Assembly (NCBI GenBank): GCA_951406725.2
Contig: OX597828.1
Span: 6,262,001-6,326,000 of the forward strand
Direction: 5' to 3'
Source of the DNA: Octopus vulgaris
Taxonomy: Eukaryota
DNA length: 64,000 bases
Below are positions 15,149 to 29,249 of the stretch, one piece after another. The notes below the pieces were generated by a model, which saw nothing but the letters and a program-made list of their open reading frames with translations, ran no database searches and was not told the origin of the DNA. Position numbers and translations under genes: made by a program. The number at the start of each line of letters is the position of its first letter. Position 1 is the first letter of the stretch.

Positions 15149-15834
15149 GGACAAGTATCGCTTGAAGATAGTAAAAGAAGTATCTATCATTTCAAATTAG
15201 TCACCATTCGAGGTTGGTCCCCATCCACACGAAACTCCCGCTAGCTTCACGCTCCTGCTTCTTCTTGTATAATCATCTTTTTTTCTTTTATTCATCTTCT
15301 CTTTCTTTCTTTTTATATTTTTGGTATATGTCTATGCGTGCAGGAATAGCATTCTATTGCGTTGTTTCCTGGAACGGGAAGCTGTTGCGACTACTAATGG
15401 TTAATTCTGAAGCAAAAATATAATAATAAATAAACGTACAAATAAGCATCTCCTTTTAAATACGAAGTAATACATATTTCGGTATGAAATGAGTTCCTTG
15501 AGGCTATCCAGAAACAATGTGACAAAATTTTACGTGTTTTTTTTTTTAGGTGACATAATTTATTTTATTTTTCATTTCGTAGGAACTATGTTCAATTTTA
15601 TTTATATGTTTTATATTTCCTCCCACTTTACACGTAAATGCTTTGGTTTGGAAAATATATTCCTGAGAGAAAAAAAAATCTCAAAATGTGTTATGTGCTT
15701 AAATATATTTGTCATATTTTTATAGTTTTCGCATTACAGTTTGTAGTTTGTATTTCTTATTTTCGGTCTTCAAAGATGGCAACGAAGTTGCATTTTATAT
15801 TTCAGTCTTGTATTTCATTTATAAGAATATTTTG

Positions 15835-15992
15835 CGTAGGCATCGCAGAGTGGCAAAAAAGTTCGCTTCACAATCTCTTGGTGCCTTGTTTAAACCCGGT
15901 GTGTGCTGCATTATTGAAGTGTCTTCAACTAAAATCGTATCAACTCCAGTGCTCTCAGAATCGGATTTGGTAAACAGAAATTGTAAAGGACA
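15835..15992 (+). mobile_element. Highly degenerate SINE family A 5' half
   Basis: aagtgtcttc...ggatttggtaaacagaaattg resembles the family A body. Confidence 0.5.
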
Positions 15993-17796
15993 TTCTTAAG
16001 AAAATGTGTTTATCTTTTACCCGCAGCAGCGGCTGGTTAATGTTGTTAAGGTGAACAATTATCCTGTGGTGGACACTTGTACCCCAACAATTTCATGTGG
16101 TTAAGGGACTAATGTTCAATTCAGCTTCTAGGACAAGACATTCCTTAATTCCGTATCGATTTTCTTTTAATTGTTTATCAGTAACAGATTGAGTGACCGG
16201 AATCTTGCCAAAGTCGGTACAGTAGAAATTTATTAGGCAAACAGTTATCAACTCGTAGAGTTATTACCTAATAACATTTAGAATCAACATCTGTCTTTTT
16301 TTTATTATTAAAAGACTTTGGAACAGGTTGAGGATTTCTTAAAGAATGCAACTAAAATGAATTAAATCCTATTCACCGTGTTAAACGTAGTACATAAGAA
16401 ATACAACCTTTTCAGCAAAACGTGTTCTAATTTAAGGATGGAAGCTGTAGTTATGCTAATAAATGTGTGTGTATGTGTGTATGTATATTCATATACATGT
16501 ATGTACACAGACCGCATGCACAGGCACATATGTAGGCACACATTGGATAGTAGGATTCGAGCAAAGAAATAAAAGCTTGTATTGGCAATATGCCAGTATA
16601 AAGTGTTCAAAAGTAAACAAAAGTGGGGTTGCTGTCACAAATGCGCATGCTATCCCTCCTTTCTTTTTACCCCAAATTTATTTAGGATGCTATATTTTCA
16701 ATAATAAATATAACTGCGTGACCTCAACATTGGTTTGCAAAATTTCAAACAATATTCACGCATGCACTCACCGACAAAGAGACACACAGAACAGACGTAC
16801 ACAGGAGCACACATACACAAAGACACATGACCACAAACACACACACTCACACACACACACATTCACATACACACACACGCATGCACACATACACACACAC
16901 GCCCACATACTTACACACGCACTCACGTACGATTAGTCTTGCACTCTTTTAAATTTACTTGGTTTCAATCCTTGAAAAAAAGAGAGAAAAATAAATTTCC
17001 ACAATTTCAGTTTTGTATAAATCTGCTACTCTGCCTCACGTGTCTCCAAATGCCGTCCTCAGCTACATAATAACTTTCTATATGATTTAGGACTCGACCA
17101 CATATTTCTGCATGCGTAGATAATTCTCGAACCAGCAGGCAAAAATAGAGCCTCGATACAATGAATCGACTTTCTTGAAAAAGTAAACTGACATTTGAAA
17201 ACATTTTTTAAGTATTTAAATCCACTAATCACATGACACTATTATGAAATCCATGAAGGTCCGCTTTTAGAGATTAGAATCTTCCATACAGAATACATAA
17301 CGTGACAATGTTATATAATAATGAATTTATTTATCGTATTTACTAATTAAATGTTCGTTAAAAAATAGTTATCGAAATACTGTGGCATATGATGTCTATA
17401 AATACCTCATTTATCTCAGAGGTATACATAGATTCGAGTATGGAATTTGATTGTGACGCCACACACAACACACACACGCACACACTCACACTGGCACGCA
17501 CGTGCGCGTGCACACACGCGTATGCACGTAGGAATCGATGCTACATTGAAAACCTCCCCCATACACACAAATACAAACACATATACTCAGCAACAAAGAC
17601 ATATAACTGGGGATATATGTATGTATCTCCATGCGCATGCGTGTGAGATTAAGCGTTTTTGTACGTACGTATGTATGAAAGTCATTATTCAGTTTTATTT
17701 CAAGGTGTCTTGCCTACAGAGAAAGAGCCGGTGTTTAACCTAGATCCAAGGCTCCTTCATTGGAATTTCACCAACATTAAAATGTATGCATGTATG

Positions 17797-18207
17797 TACT
17801 CTTACTCTTTTACTTGTTTCAGTCATTTGACTGCGGCCATGCTGGAGTACCGCCTTTAGTCGAGCAAATCCACCCCAGGACTTATTCTTTGTAAGCCTAG
17901 TACTTATTCTATGGGTCTCTTTTGCCAAACTGCTAAGTTACAGGGACGTAAACACACCAGCATCGGTTGTCAAACGATGTTGGGGGACAAACACAGACAC
18001 ACAAACATATACATACATACATATATATATATATATACATATATACGACAGGCTTCTTTCAGTTTCCGTCTACCAAATCCACTCACAAGGCTTTGGTTGG
18101 CCCGGGGCTATAGTAGAAGACACTCACCCAAGGTGCCACGCAGTGGGAATGAACCCAGAACCATGAGGTTGTTAAGCAAACTACTTACCACACAGCCACT
18201 CCTGCGC
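17797..18207 (-). mobile_element. Full-length tRNA-derived SINE family A
   Basis: Reverse complement of 51326-51755: tRNA-like head, central TA/TG microsatellite, (AAGAGT)-type tail. Confidence 0.92.
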
Positions 18208-18299
18208 TACTATGTATGTATGTATACGTAAGAATGTGTACGTTTTGTTTTATGCATATATTTTCATGAATATAGTTGCATGTCTAGACATGAGCATAT

Positions 18300-18628
18300 A
18301 TACTTACAGGATAAACATCTGGAATGTTTTACAGATTTTCACAGTTCCAGTGGTGGCTTGAATCTGTAGTCTTCAAATTAGCTTTCTCCTTTCTGGTTTT
18401 AAGAATCCTAATTTATCAAGATTGGTATTTCGGTAGTGTGTTACATATCCTAGTGCCCTAATAATTACAGGCATAAACCTGAAATTGTAATCTGGATAAA
18501 ATAACTGCAGATTTTTCAATAGTTCAGCGTAGGTATTCTCTTTTTCGCTGGTCTTTAGCTTTATGTTAACATCCACTGGGCAGCTAATTTCCACAACTGT
18601 ACACAGCTTTACTTCCCTATCATAAATC

Positions 18629-18632
<4 letters not shown>
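18300..18632 (-). mobile_element. 3' fragment of R2/R4(Dong)/NeSL-group non-LTR retrotransposon (restriction-like endonuclease domain)
   Basis: ORF 18373-18630 D..K.CTVVEISCP.D.N..K..EK..Y..L...PVII.ALG fits the REL PD-(D/E)xK C-terminal pattern. Confidence 0.75.
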
Positions 18633-18666
<34 letters not shown>

Positions 18667-19367
18667 TGTATGTATGTATGTATGTATGTATGTATGTATG
18701 TATATATGTATGTATATACGTAATACATCATACTTGCCGAATATATTTTCATGGTTTTATCTAGGAAATTCCTCGTAGTGACATTCCTGCTACAACTGTC
18801 AGCATGGGAACTCAGGAGGGAATACAGTATCCTTCGGAATAAAACCTCAGATATTATTTTACCATATTTTAATAAATATGTTTACTTCAGTTCAGGAAGT
18901 TATCTTCCTTGCAGTCTCCTGTCGGAAGTCATGGTATAAAATACATATTTATGATATTTGGTTGAATTGAATACATTTGAATCAATAGAAAATCTCCTCT
19001 CACAATCCTTAGGCTACTGCAACGAAGATTTTCACAAATGTAATCTTGATTTGGTTCTTCAAAAAATGCTCCAAAATGTTTTGAAGTGTAAAAATGGTGC
19101 GTAGTTGTTCAAATGCATGTGTGTGTAGCAGAAAAAATGTGTGTTGAAGCATGATGTGAACGGACGCTGTTGAGAAAGTATTTGAACGAACAGCTCGCAG
19201 AGATTTGCAACTTTTTGTAATCTCCTAAGTTCATTGATAGCGCTTTCCGCTAGAAAATAGTGTAGCGAAATCAACCAAATTTTATTACAGACATACGTAT
19301 CTGATTAGTGCTATCAAATTTCCTGAGACTGCGATATCAGGTCGACGTTCTACTATCGAGATAGAGT

Positions 19368-19437
<70 letters not shown>

Positions 19438-19472
19438 ATGTATATATATATATGAGTGTGTGTGTATGTGTA

Positions 19473-19506
<34 letters not shown>

Positions 19507-20583
19507 TACACGTATAAAAGTATAATAGGATAAAAGGATATAAAGAGAGAGAGATAGATAGATACATACATACATGCACATATATACACATAAATATATG
19601 CATGCATATATATATGTATATATATTTGTACATATATATATATACACATATATATGTGTGTGTATGGGTATATATATATGTGTGTGTGTGTGTGTGTACG
19701 TATGTATATAAACATATAGTTGTGAGTTTCGATATACAGAGAGGGAGAGGGAAAAGAAAGAGAGACAGGGTGAAAGAGACTGAGAGATGGTAACTATCAA
19801 TTTATATTGAAATATAAACATATCAAATTAGGATTATATACACAGGGGCAAGAAAGTTACTCAGATACGAACGAACATACAGGTTCATATGTAAGAATGA
19901 ATTTGTATTAACATCACTGTGAAACCTACAATGTGGTGACTGATTCGGGAGAAAATTAAAGAATGTGGCACTAGGCTGAATATCGTTGCTTTAAGGAAAG
20001 GGGAAAAGCAGCACCGAAATCTGTTGACTGCATGGAAACAACATAAGTATTCGTTTGACATCTGTCCCCAATAAACTGCTAACTAGAGTCACTAACTTTC
20101 ATCATGTTACTAACTACCTTAATTAGCACCATTAAGAGAGAAGGAAATACTCAAGACGACGGCCGATAAGACTATAAATTCGTATTATTGTCACTAAGAC
20201 CTTGTGGAAACTGCTAAGGAGTGCATCCCAGTGTCGACACATATGACCAGATATCGTTCGATGAGATAGAGAGCAGAAATCCCTCTCTGCTATAGAAACT
20301 AGCTGTCCAGCAGATGTAAATATACACGTGCGTGAGCGCGCTCGAATGTGTGTGCGTGCATGATTGTGTGTGCGTACGTGTTTTGTGTGTGTGTGTGTGT
20401 GTGTGTGCTTGTATATGTGTGTGTGTGCTTGTTGTGTGTGTGTGTGTATGCCAGATTGAGCCAAATGTTTCTTCGGATTTGCAGTGATGATGTTTAGCAG
20501 CTTGTTCAAAAGTTGCTGTATTGTTTATTGTCATGAAATATATAAATATTAATTGTTTATTCTTATTTTTTCAACCTCAGAGA

Positions 20584-21658
20584 ATGAGTAGGAAAGGCAT
20601 TGCAATTAGAGCCATTTTATGTTGTCTATGGTGCAAAGAGAGTGGCGAGGAAAATGAATGAGGTGGACAGCTCCCAAACAGTCAACGAACGTGATACAAA
20701 GCTGATTGAGGTGTTTCAAGGAAGATGAGGCCGGTCTCGGAAACAAACCAAGGTCAGAGAGACCTTTTGCTGCGGATGAGGCTTTGCTTGACATAGTTAA
20801 ACAACAGCCATGCACAAACAGTCCTATGTTGTCAGAACTTGCTCCTTCACCAAGCCCCATCAATTGACACATCTATAAGCTAGAACTTGTGAACAGACGC
20901 CGTCGAGAATATCCCTATGAACTGGCCAATGATCAGCTCAACCATATGTAATCATCTACAAACATTCGTTTTGCAAATTCTCAACAAACCTGTTTTTCGT
21001 ATCGAATTGTAACTGGGGATGAAAGACGGATCTAATATCGAAATTCGAATAAGATAAATCAGTAGCGTTGTTTTGAAAAGCCTTCGGAACTCGTTATCAA
21101 AAAGTGCGATGTTAATAGATGGCCGTATTTTGTGTTTGGTGGAAACTCGAAGGGTTGTTGCACGTGACACTTGCTCGGGATGGTCATGCTGTGAATGTAG
21201 CCTTTATGCACCACAAGAGCAGCCATTATATGATAGTCTTCAACCAGCCTTCACAGGCACTGGTCATTCAAAGATGTACGATCGTACTATATGACAATGC
21301 TGCAACATGCAATGCAAATGTGACCAAGTGCAATCTTGAGGAACTTGCGGGTATAGAAGTGCTGCCCCATCCTGCCTACAACCCATACTTAGCAGTCAGA
21401 TAGCCACATCTTCCGAGCCATGGCTCATTTTCTGCTTGGAGGAACAAAGTGGATGAGCTTGAAAACGGGCGCTGGAACATAACTGCTTCTAAGCCAGTCA
21501 CATTTTATAAATGTGGAATTGAGCTTCTTGCATATTCGTCGGGAACAGACAAGAGAATCTGACACGACATATTTTGATAAAAAAACGCTTTTTGAATGTA
21601 ATTTGTTTGAACTATTAATTATATCTTGAATGGAAAAAATCTTTACCCTCAACTGATA
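20584..21658 (+). mobile_element. Decayed mariner transposon
   Basis: IVTGDERRI (first catalytic D) near 21005; YDNA and LPHPAYNPYLA (YSPDLA-like) near 21290-21400; candidate 3' TIR tctttaccctcaactga-TA; 5' TIR not seen. Confidence 0.85.
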
Positions 21659-21690
21659 TGTATGTATATATGCATGCATGTATATGTATG

Positions 21691-21745
<55 letters not shown>

Positions 21746-21746
<1 letters not shown>

Positions 21747-21990
21747 AAATAATATGTGACAATTATTCAATAGCCAAGATAAAACTCTGAGTTTCGGATG
21801 CCGAAGTGGAAATCCACAACACCATCTCTTCGGTTATCTGGCCATCTGAAAAACCTCGGCATCCGAAACTCAGACTTTTATCTTGGCTACTGAATAATTG
21901 TCACATATTATTTTGCAGATAAATTTCCTCTATTTACATAATATTGAGGTCTCTTTCTTTCTTTTGTTATCTTACCGTTTTTACCAATAT
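21746..21990. mobile_element. Fold-back non-autonomous element (59-bp arms) with hammerhead-like motif
   Basis: Arms 21746-21804 / 21856-21914 (57/59 match); directly after (TA)n. Confidence 0.75.
21773..21842 (-). ncRNA. Type I hammerhead-like motif, CCGAAGA core
   Basis: gccagauaa CCGAAGA gaug...cauc c GAA ACUC-a-GAGU U uuaucuuggc. Confidence 0.6.
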
Positions 21991-22040
21991 ATTTATGTAT
22001 ATCTTTTTATATAAATATGTATAGTTTTGCCTCTCCTCCC

Positions 22041-22084
<44 letters not shown>

Positions 22085-22087
<3 letters not shown>

Positions 22088-23340
22088 AGGGTGGGGAAGC
22101 AAAATGTGGAATATTTTGGAAGCGTTATTATTCATGTATTCATGAACATAAATAGTAAAATGTTGTTTTCTATTTCATGGTGGAGGTATATTCAGTTAAC
22201 TCAAGCAGAAGTTCCAGTCATACGATCTACCATGTCCACTCAAGAAGCCAAGACAACGCATTGCAGATTTGCTTCGAGCCGGGGTTGCAACTAGATGTAT
22301 TGTTGAGACTGTCGAGGCCTCTGTAAAGAACAGAATGCTCGATACGGGAGGCATCAAATGAAAGTAAGGAAGTGGAGGCATAATTAAAAAACCGGATAAT
22401 GTATTTCTTAAATCTCTGAAAGACAAAATTTCGAAACACACAACAACACCATGGAAAAACTGTCCATGGACCTGAAAGTTGATTCAAAGGACATCAGAAA
22501 TGTTGTGCACACCGAATTACTATTGTGTTCATACGTAAGAACCCCAAGACGACTACTGACCCATGCAATAAAAACCAGAAGGCATGAAAGGGTAAAAAAA
22601 GGTGTTGTGATACCTTAATCACAATGTATAAACTGGCAAAATCTTTTCATAAGGAAAGATCTTAAACGCTGAAGCTGTTTTAAACCGTCGCAATGATCGA
22701 TAGATTGCTAAGTCACCTTCTGAAGTAAAGAGCGTCTTTAGGACCAAGCGCCCAGCTCAAGGGATGCTAATCGGCGTCGTGGCATCTAACGGTAAAAAGA
22801 TGCCTCTCTATTTTTTCATGCCTGGGGAAAAGTTGGGGGCTGAAGTTTATTATAAAGTCCTGCGGTATAAGGTCTTGCCTTGCCTGAAGTCTAACGATTC
22901 CAGTGGTAACTATGTGTGGACCCAAAATGCTGCTCCTGCTTATACCGCGAAGAAAGTGCAGAAATTCTGCAAAGAAAACTTTGCCGACTTTTGGCCTGCC
23001 AAATGCCGGCCTTCTTCCAGCCCAGACTTGAAATCCCTGGACTATGTCATATGGGGAAAATTGGATCACTCTATCAACAAAACTTCGTGTCCAAGTGTTG
23101 ATTGACTTCAGCAAGATCTGAGGGAAGAGTGGGACAACATGCCTGAGTACTTCATCATGAAGAGTTGTGACGCTTCCAGGTGGTCTGTGAAGGCTGTGGT
23201 GGACAATGAAGGTGGACATATTGAATAATTTGCCTCTTTATACCCCTATAAAGTGTTAAAATTACATTTATGTCAGGCTGCTTGTTGTAAAATAAACAAT
23301 TTGGTGAATTATCTAATTATCTAATTATCTGTTATCTCTC
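22085..23340 (+). mobile_element. maT / DD37D Tc1-mariner transposon, decayed
   Basis: ORF 22764-23105: WTQNAAPAYTAK...SSPDLKSLDY with 37 residues between the second (D>N) and third catalytic positions. Confidence 0.88.
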
Positions 23341-23664
23341 TGATATATATATATATATATATATACATTCTCAGCCATATATTTTATATTCAGAATATAA
23401 TGATAGTGACGTATTCCTAGTTCTTTATAACCAGAGTGTCAATGTGACTTGCACTTTATACGCCAATGGTGATCTTATTTGTGGTTATGATTATCCTATG
23501 CTGTCTGTGTATTTTTGCAGTAAGTTGTGGAATAAGGATTTATTTCATCCTTAACTGTTTATATTTGAAGGGGCTTTGTAAAGCTGTGTATATGTTGTCC
23601 ACTACTATCTATCCGTCTTTTATGCGTAGAGTTGGCAAATATTCCTCATTATAAATGAATGGAG

Positions 23665-23880
23665 GGCGATGAGCTGGCAGAATAGTTAGCACACCGGGCA
23701 AAATGTTTGACAGCACTTTTTCTGGCTTTACGTTCTAAGTTCAAATTCCGCCAGGGTTGACTTTGACTTTTATACTTTTGGTGTCGATAAAATAAACACC
23801 ATTTGAGCACTGGAATCGGTGAAATCGACTAGATCGCACCCCACGAAGCTTTCAGGCCCTGCCCCTATAGTAGAATAGGA
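23665..23880 (+). mobile_element. tRNA-derived SINE family B
   Basis: gagctggcagaatagttagc..gttcaaattccgcc..gtcgataaaataa; homologous to copies at 53435, 53671, 58125, 50780. Confidence 0.85.
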
Positions 23881-25027
23881 TATGGAGGCATTGTGAGCCA
23901 AAGTGATTTTCATGTTTGTGGCGTTTTTTACTTAAAAAATGTCTTTGTTTTCTAATTTAAGACTTATTTGTGAAATAAGTAGTAATTTAGGGGTTAGTAA
24001 AATGCATTTTATGGTTAAGAATGTTTTTATAATGTCTTCAAGACCCTCATATATTAAGAAAATATAAACAACACACCTTTATCTGTGGTTTACATATTTT
24101 TAATACATGAAGTTCTTGATCGATATTTTACTTGTATTTCTAAAAGTATTTCGCCCTTTGGTTTGGTTTATTTGTTCGTCAGCGTAGTTGATATAAATAG
24201 TATTTGATTTATACTGTGGATTTCTTTGCATACGTTTTCCTTAAAGGAGAAGTATCTGAAAAGCCTTCATGTACCATCTGTATTTCTGTGGCCAATCGCT
24301 GTCTCCATGCAAGCGTTGTTTGTATCTCTAGTGTTGACAGAAGTGCTACATTTTATATTTTCTATCAGAATAAATATATATTCAAATGGAGTTACTATAT
24401 TTGCAAGAGTTATATTTGTGACATCACTATTGTGGGTGTTGAATTTTACTACGAATTATTTTCTAAGTTTTACGTTAATTTCGCAATGTCTCAACTTCAA
24501 CGAGATTTTCATCTTCATACTGGCTTTTATATCTTAGTATCACTTTATTTTCGAAATAACAAGTCTCAATGAAAAGTTGCTTGGCAGCAATAAACGAAAA
24601 ATGAAAGTCAGGATTGCAGTGAAAGACAATACACACAGAAATTCAGGATAAAGGAAACTGCCAAGCGGAAATTCTTCATGTGAATAAAAATATTGATAAA
24701 TAAGTAAATATGAGACATTTGCTATGCAATATATACGGAGCCCTAGATAATATAGACATTTCTGTCACAAATGCATTTATATATAAAATTCTCTGCAAAA
24801 AAAGAATTGCTACAACAGGAAGAACATCAATTCCTGAATCTCAGCGTTTACGCTACCCAGGTAAAATTACGCACCCACAAAAATGTACAAATAAATAGAG
24901 GGGGAAAACAGTTAATATTAAATTGCGTTATCAACCCTTATGATACATGAACATATTCTGAAGAAATTACTAACGTCATATGGATCAGAAGTTCGATGTC
25001 CATAAGACAAATTATATACAGGAAAAG

Positions 25028-25064
25028 ATGGAGCAACCTATGGAGCAACCATAGGTTGCTCCAT
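25028..25064. repeat. Perfect 16-bp inverted repeat with 5-nt loop
   Basis: atggagcaacctatgg-agcaa-ccataggttgctccat. Confidence 0.9.
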
Positions 25065-25504
25065 GCGATCGAGGCAGCCTGCGTAACGATAATGTAAAAA
25101 TTAAATGAAAATGAATCAGAATGTATGATGAACCTCAGATATAGGGATGATATAGTTATTGTAATGAACACACCGGAAGACTAACATCAGTTACAAATAG
25201 ACTTAGAAAAAGACTATTAAAATGTAACATCAAAAACAGTACAAATAAAACTACAAGGAATGCAATTACTTCATTTCTAGGCAAGCGTTCTGATGGAAGA
25301 TAAGAGACACATGAAGTCTTTTTACATCAAAAAGAAAAACAGAATGCATCAATGTAACCACAGGCGCAAAATATCAGTGGTTATATATTTACTAAAATGA
25401 ACATTTAAATTCAGTTTCTCGAATGATACATTTAGAAATTCATAGAAGAAAAATACCAGTCAACAGCCGTTATTCTAGCACAGATAAAACATGACACATA
25501 ACAA

Positions 25505-25870
25505 ATACAACCTTCGGGCTAAATTTGACAGTTTGCATAAAAGGAACATAACACCCCATCTCCAATTAAAAAAAATTATCAAATAGATTACGGCTGAGAG
25601 ATAACAGTTTACTCAACGCAGCTGCCCTCAGCATCCTCTACGGTCTTGAAACGGCTTCAGAACTTGCCACATGAGTTCCTCGCTGTATCTCAGGAAGATC
25701 TTTGAACATCTGCTTCTCCTTGGCCACAGCTCGGCTTTGGTGTTGCAGGCAGAGCGATTGGGCGTTTTATCTACTGCACTCGGCATATAGTTATCCATGA
25801 AATTGCAATCAGAGGAATTTGGAGACCAGATATTGGGGCAGGTGATGTAGAAATTCCCTGACACATACTT
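25505..25870 (-). mobile_element. maT/DD37D-type transposase C-terminal fragment
   Basis: ORF 25628-25864 WSPNSSDCNFMDNY resembles WPPNSPDCNPMDY; followed by SACNTKAEL. Confidence 0.7.
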
Positions 25871-26259
25871 TCAACTTTGGATTTAGTGATCGATATCGAC
25901 TTTATTGTTGGTGTGAGCATTCCAGCCGAGATCGTTGTGAACAATTTCTCCTAAGTCTCTGATATTATTTGATGCTATAAGTAGTTTCCTTGAAAGCAAA
26001 AGAATAAGCTTGTTTGAGTGCTTTCTCTTTTCCAAAGTGCATGAGTTCAAAATTTGCCTTATGTAACCGCATGTTGTTTTCTCCGCAAATTGCCTTACTG
26101 TGGAGAGAAAGACAGACGTGGACTTTAGTCTTTTTCTCCACTGGTAATTTTCTGAAACTTGGTGTCATCTGCGAATATTCCTGCTCTGATTGATGAGTTG
26201 TTATCCATATAGACTATGTATATGTGTATATGTATAATTTATGTAAGTATGTATGTGTG

Positions 26260-27410
26260 CATCATCATCATCATTGTTCGACCGTGGTCGAGACAGTGGA
26301 AATTACCATGCAACGCCAGACTTCACGGTCCATCATAGCATTACGGAGGTCCTGTTGCTGGATGCCTGTATCCCTGGAGATTACATCAGGGTAGGAGACG
26401 GTGCGCCCTCTGGTATTACGAGTAGATGGCTTCCAGAGGAGAAGAGTAGAAATTGCCTTGTTTTCAGCTCTACAACAATGTCCAGCAAACTGGACTCTCC
26501 TACCTTTCACAAGAGATGATACAGGTGGTAGTTTCCCATATATTTGCATTTTGGTTGGATGACGCTTCCACGAGAGATTTTGAGCTCTCATAAGGAGGCG
26601 ATTGTAGCTTCCATCCAACCGCCTCTCAAGCTTCTTTGATAACGTCCAGGTTTCTGAGCCATATAGTAGAATTAGTTCGACTGTGGCTTTGAAGATTTCA
26701 AGTTTGAAGTCTCTACTTAGATTTGATGACCAGATCTTATGCATGTCATTACAGGCTGACCAGGCCATATCCTTTCTAGTTAGAAAATCTTTTCCAGATG
26801 ATGATATGTATGACCCAAGATATTTGTAATCAGAAACCATAAACAGGCACTTGTTTATATATTCAGTCTTGGCCTCATTGAGGTAAAGACCTACACAATT
26901 TGAGGCTTGTTCGAGAGACTGGGCATTGGAGAGAGAATCACTGATAAGAGCGATGTCGTCAGCAAAGTCAGTGTCTGTCAAGTATTCAGCTGGGTGTCTG
27001 GAACTTCTTCTAGGATTTATTTCAAAGTCCTTGCCCGAAATGGTATCAACTGACATACGTAGCACCTAGTCAACAACAATGATGAAGAGAAATGGGGCGA
27101 GTGTGTCTCCCTGCAGTATTCCGGCTTTGATTGAGAAAGATGATGTTTCTCCGTCAAGGGTTAAGATGGTTGAAGACGTATCTGTGTAGAGGACATTGAT
27201 GGCAGAAATGATTTTGTCTGGTATTCCATAGAGCTTAAGGATTTCAAACATCTTGTACCTATCTACAGATAGACTTTAGAAAAGTCCACAAACACCATTG
27301 CAAGATCGCGATTAAATGCTTTTGATTGTCTGCGTAGGCATAGTATCTGGCTCAGCGTTGAGCGCTCATGTCTGAATCCATTTTGGTTCTTTCGGAGCAA
27401 AGGTTCAATA
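26260..27410 (-). mobile_element. RTE-type LINE, 5'-truncated, reverse transcriptase remnant
   Basis: NQNGFR, FVDFSK, GILQGDTLAPFLF, FADDIAL, YKYLGS, LLYGSETW motifs across ORFs 27263-27463, 27066-27251, 26271-27065; (TGA)n 3' tail. Confidence 0.93.
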
Positions 27411-28404
27411 TGTGTGCATGCATGAATGCATGTATGTATATCTGTATATGTATTCATATACACACATAATTACAACAATCTATACAGATCCAGTCTATCA
27501 AAGATTACACGACGAGAAACTTTCCCAGAATGACGCTCAATATGATGGATATCGGGACGATTACATACCAACACTAACTACTTAATAATATGGTTTGGCG
27601 TTCACCACCATTACATAGGTATTTGTGTTTGTATCCATGTTTTACTTCACGCGCATTTATACATAAATTTTTGTAATTATTTTCAAACACTACTGTGTCA
27701 TGGACTTTATATGGAAATGCAACTGTTAGCTACTCGATAAGAGAAATCCTATTGCAAGTTTAACATGAAACAAATCATGCTAACATATATACAGACGCAC
27801 TCACTTGTACACACCCACTTTCATGTACACAGACACTATTATATAAGTCAACAAATGAATAATTTGTAGATATTTTTCTGTTCTTTGAAGAACTTTTTCT
27901 TTGCTATCTGTACAGCTTGCACAATCTTTTTCTTTTCCTTTCCTGGACAAAATTTTACAAGTTATCACACATTGATCCATATTGTGCTTAACCAACGTTA
28001 ATATCAAACTGTCGCTTAAGTATAGATTTCTTTACATTATAATAAGTAACTTTTTGAGTCATTTACCTTGCATCGTGTATATATCTCCAAGCCTTTGTCA
28101 CCATTCACTTCGCTCCATTTGACATCGTTTGCTTTCATAAACTATTCGGCTGTGAGGACGCAGGTGTGCATGGTCAATTTCACACGTTCAACATAATACA
28201 ATATATTGATTTTTATTTCGTTTCTTTTTTCTGTCACGAATTGTTTGAAAAAGATATCAGTTAGATTATCTCAGGCAAATATAGTCTCTGAATTTATGGT
28301 ATCATCGGCAAACACCATCCTTTCAGTCTTTAACTACGAATGTTATTAGGTTTTTTTTTTTTCCATAATTTTCTTAGCGATGCATTTTTATAAAATGAAA
28401 TTGG

Positions 28405-28478
28405 TGATAGTGATGAGGAAGAAGAGGAGGACGTTGATTACACCGATGACACCAACGAAATTGATGATGATGATGATG

Positions 28479-28523
<45 letters not shown>

Positions 28524-28538
28524 ATGATGATGATGATC
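28405..28538. repeat. (GAT)n array
   Basis: Direct. Confidence 0.9.
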
Positions 28539-29249
28539 CGAAAACAAAATAGAATGTGCCTTCAAGCATTATTTTTTTCTTTCCCCTGTATTTGATTGGT
28601 AATCTATAAAATGAAATATAAGTCAAATACCAGTGTTAATGTAATTAAATGACCGTCTCACTAGCGAGTATCTTTCTTAAGTCTGTGCCAGAAATTACTG
28701 CGAAACACTAACATCGGTCGCCTGACATCTGCTATGTCTATCAGTCTCTTATAAAAATGCAGAGACGAGGTTGACAAAGAAAATCTAGCAGGCGACGAAA
28801 ATTAAATGGTAGCTTGTTCTAGAGGGTGGGGATGGAATTTGAACTAAGGAATCCAAATAACTAGCTTAGTAGAGCTAGGCGTTTCCAGTTTGAGATGATC
28901 TGCTACACTTCCTTATCCGAGATGTACGAAGGGTGACGATACTACTTTGTATATAATCCTTCAGTGACCGAGAATTACTGATTTGTGGAGTTATGCAGAA
29001 CGAGTGCTACCACGTTTAGAAGAGTCTATGCTGTTGGCCAAACCTATTGTGTCTTTCTTTCGTTACGAAGTACATGTAGTTTTTCCTTCTCTTGTAGCTC
29101 TAGCAAGAAACTCTGGCAGTTCTAGCAAAACAGTCTGGTGGATCTGACTGAAACAAGAGAAGACAAATAAAGTCGTCCTCAGCCAACATTGCATCGAGAG
29201 GAATGAAGAGAGACTCTTAGATAGGAAAATCATAATGAAATAAGATGTA

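Noticed and set aside
18720-19060. Possible continuation of the REL LINE
   Set aside because: No recognisable protein motif
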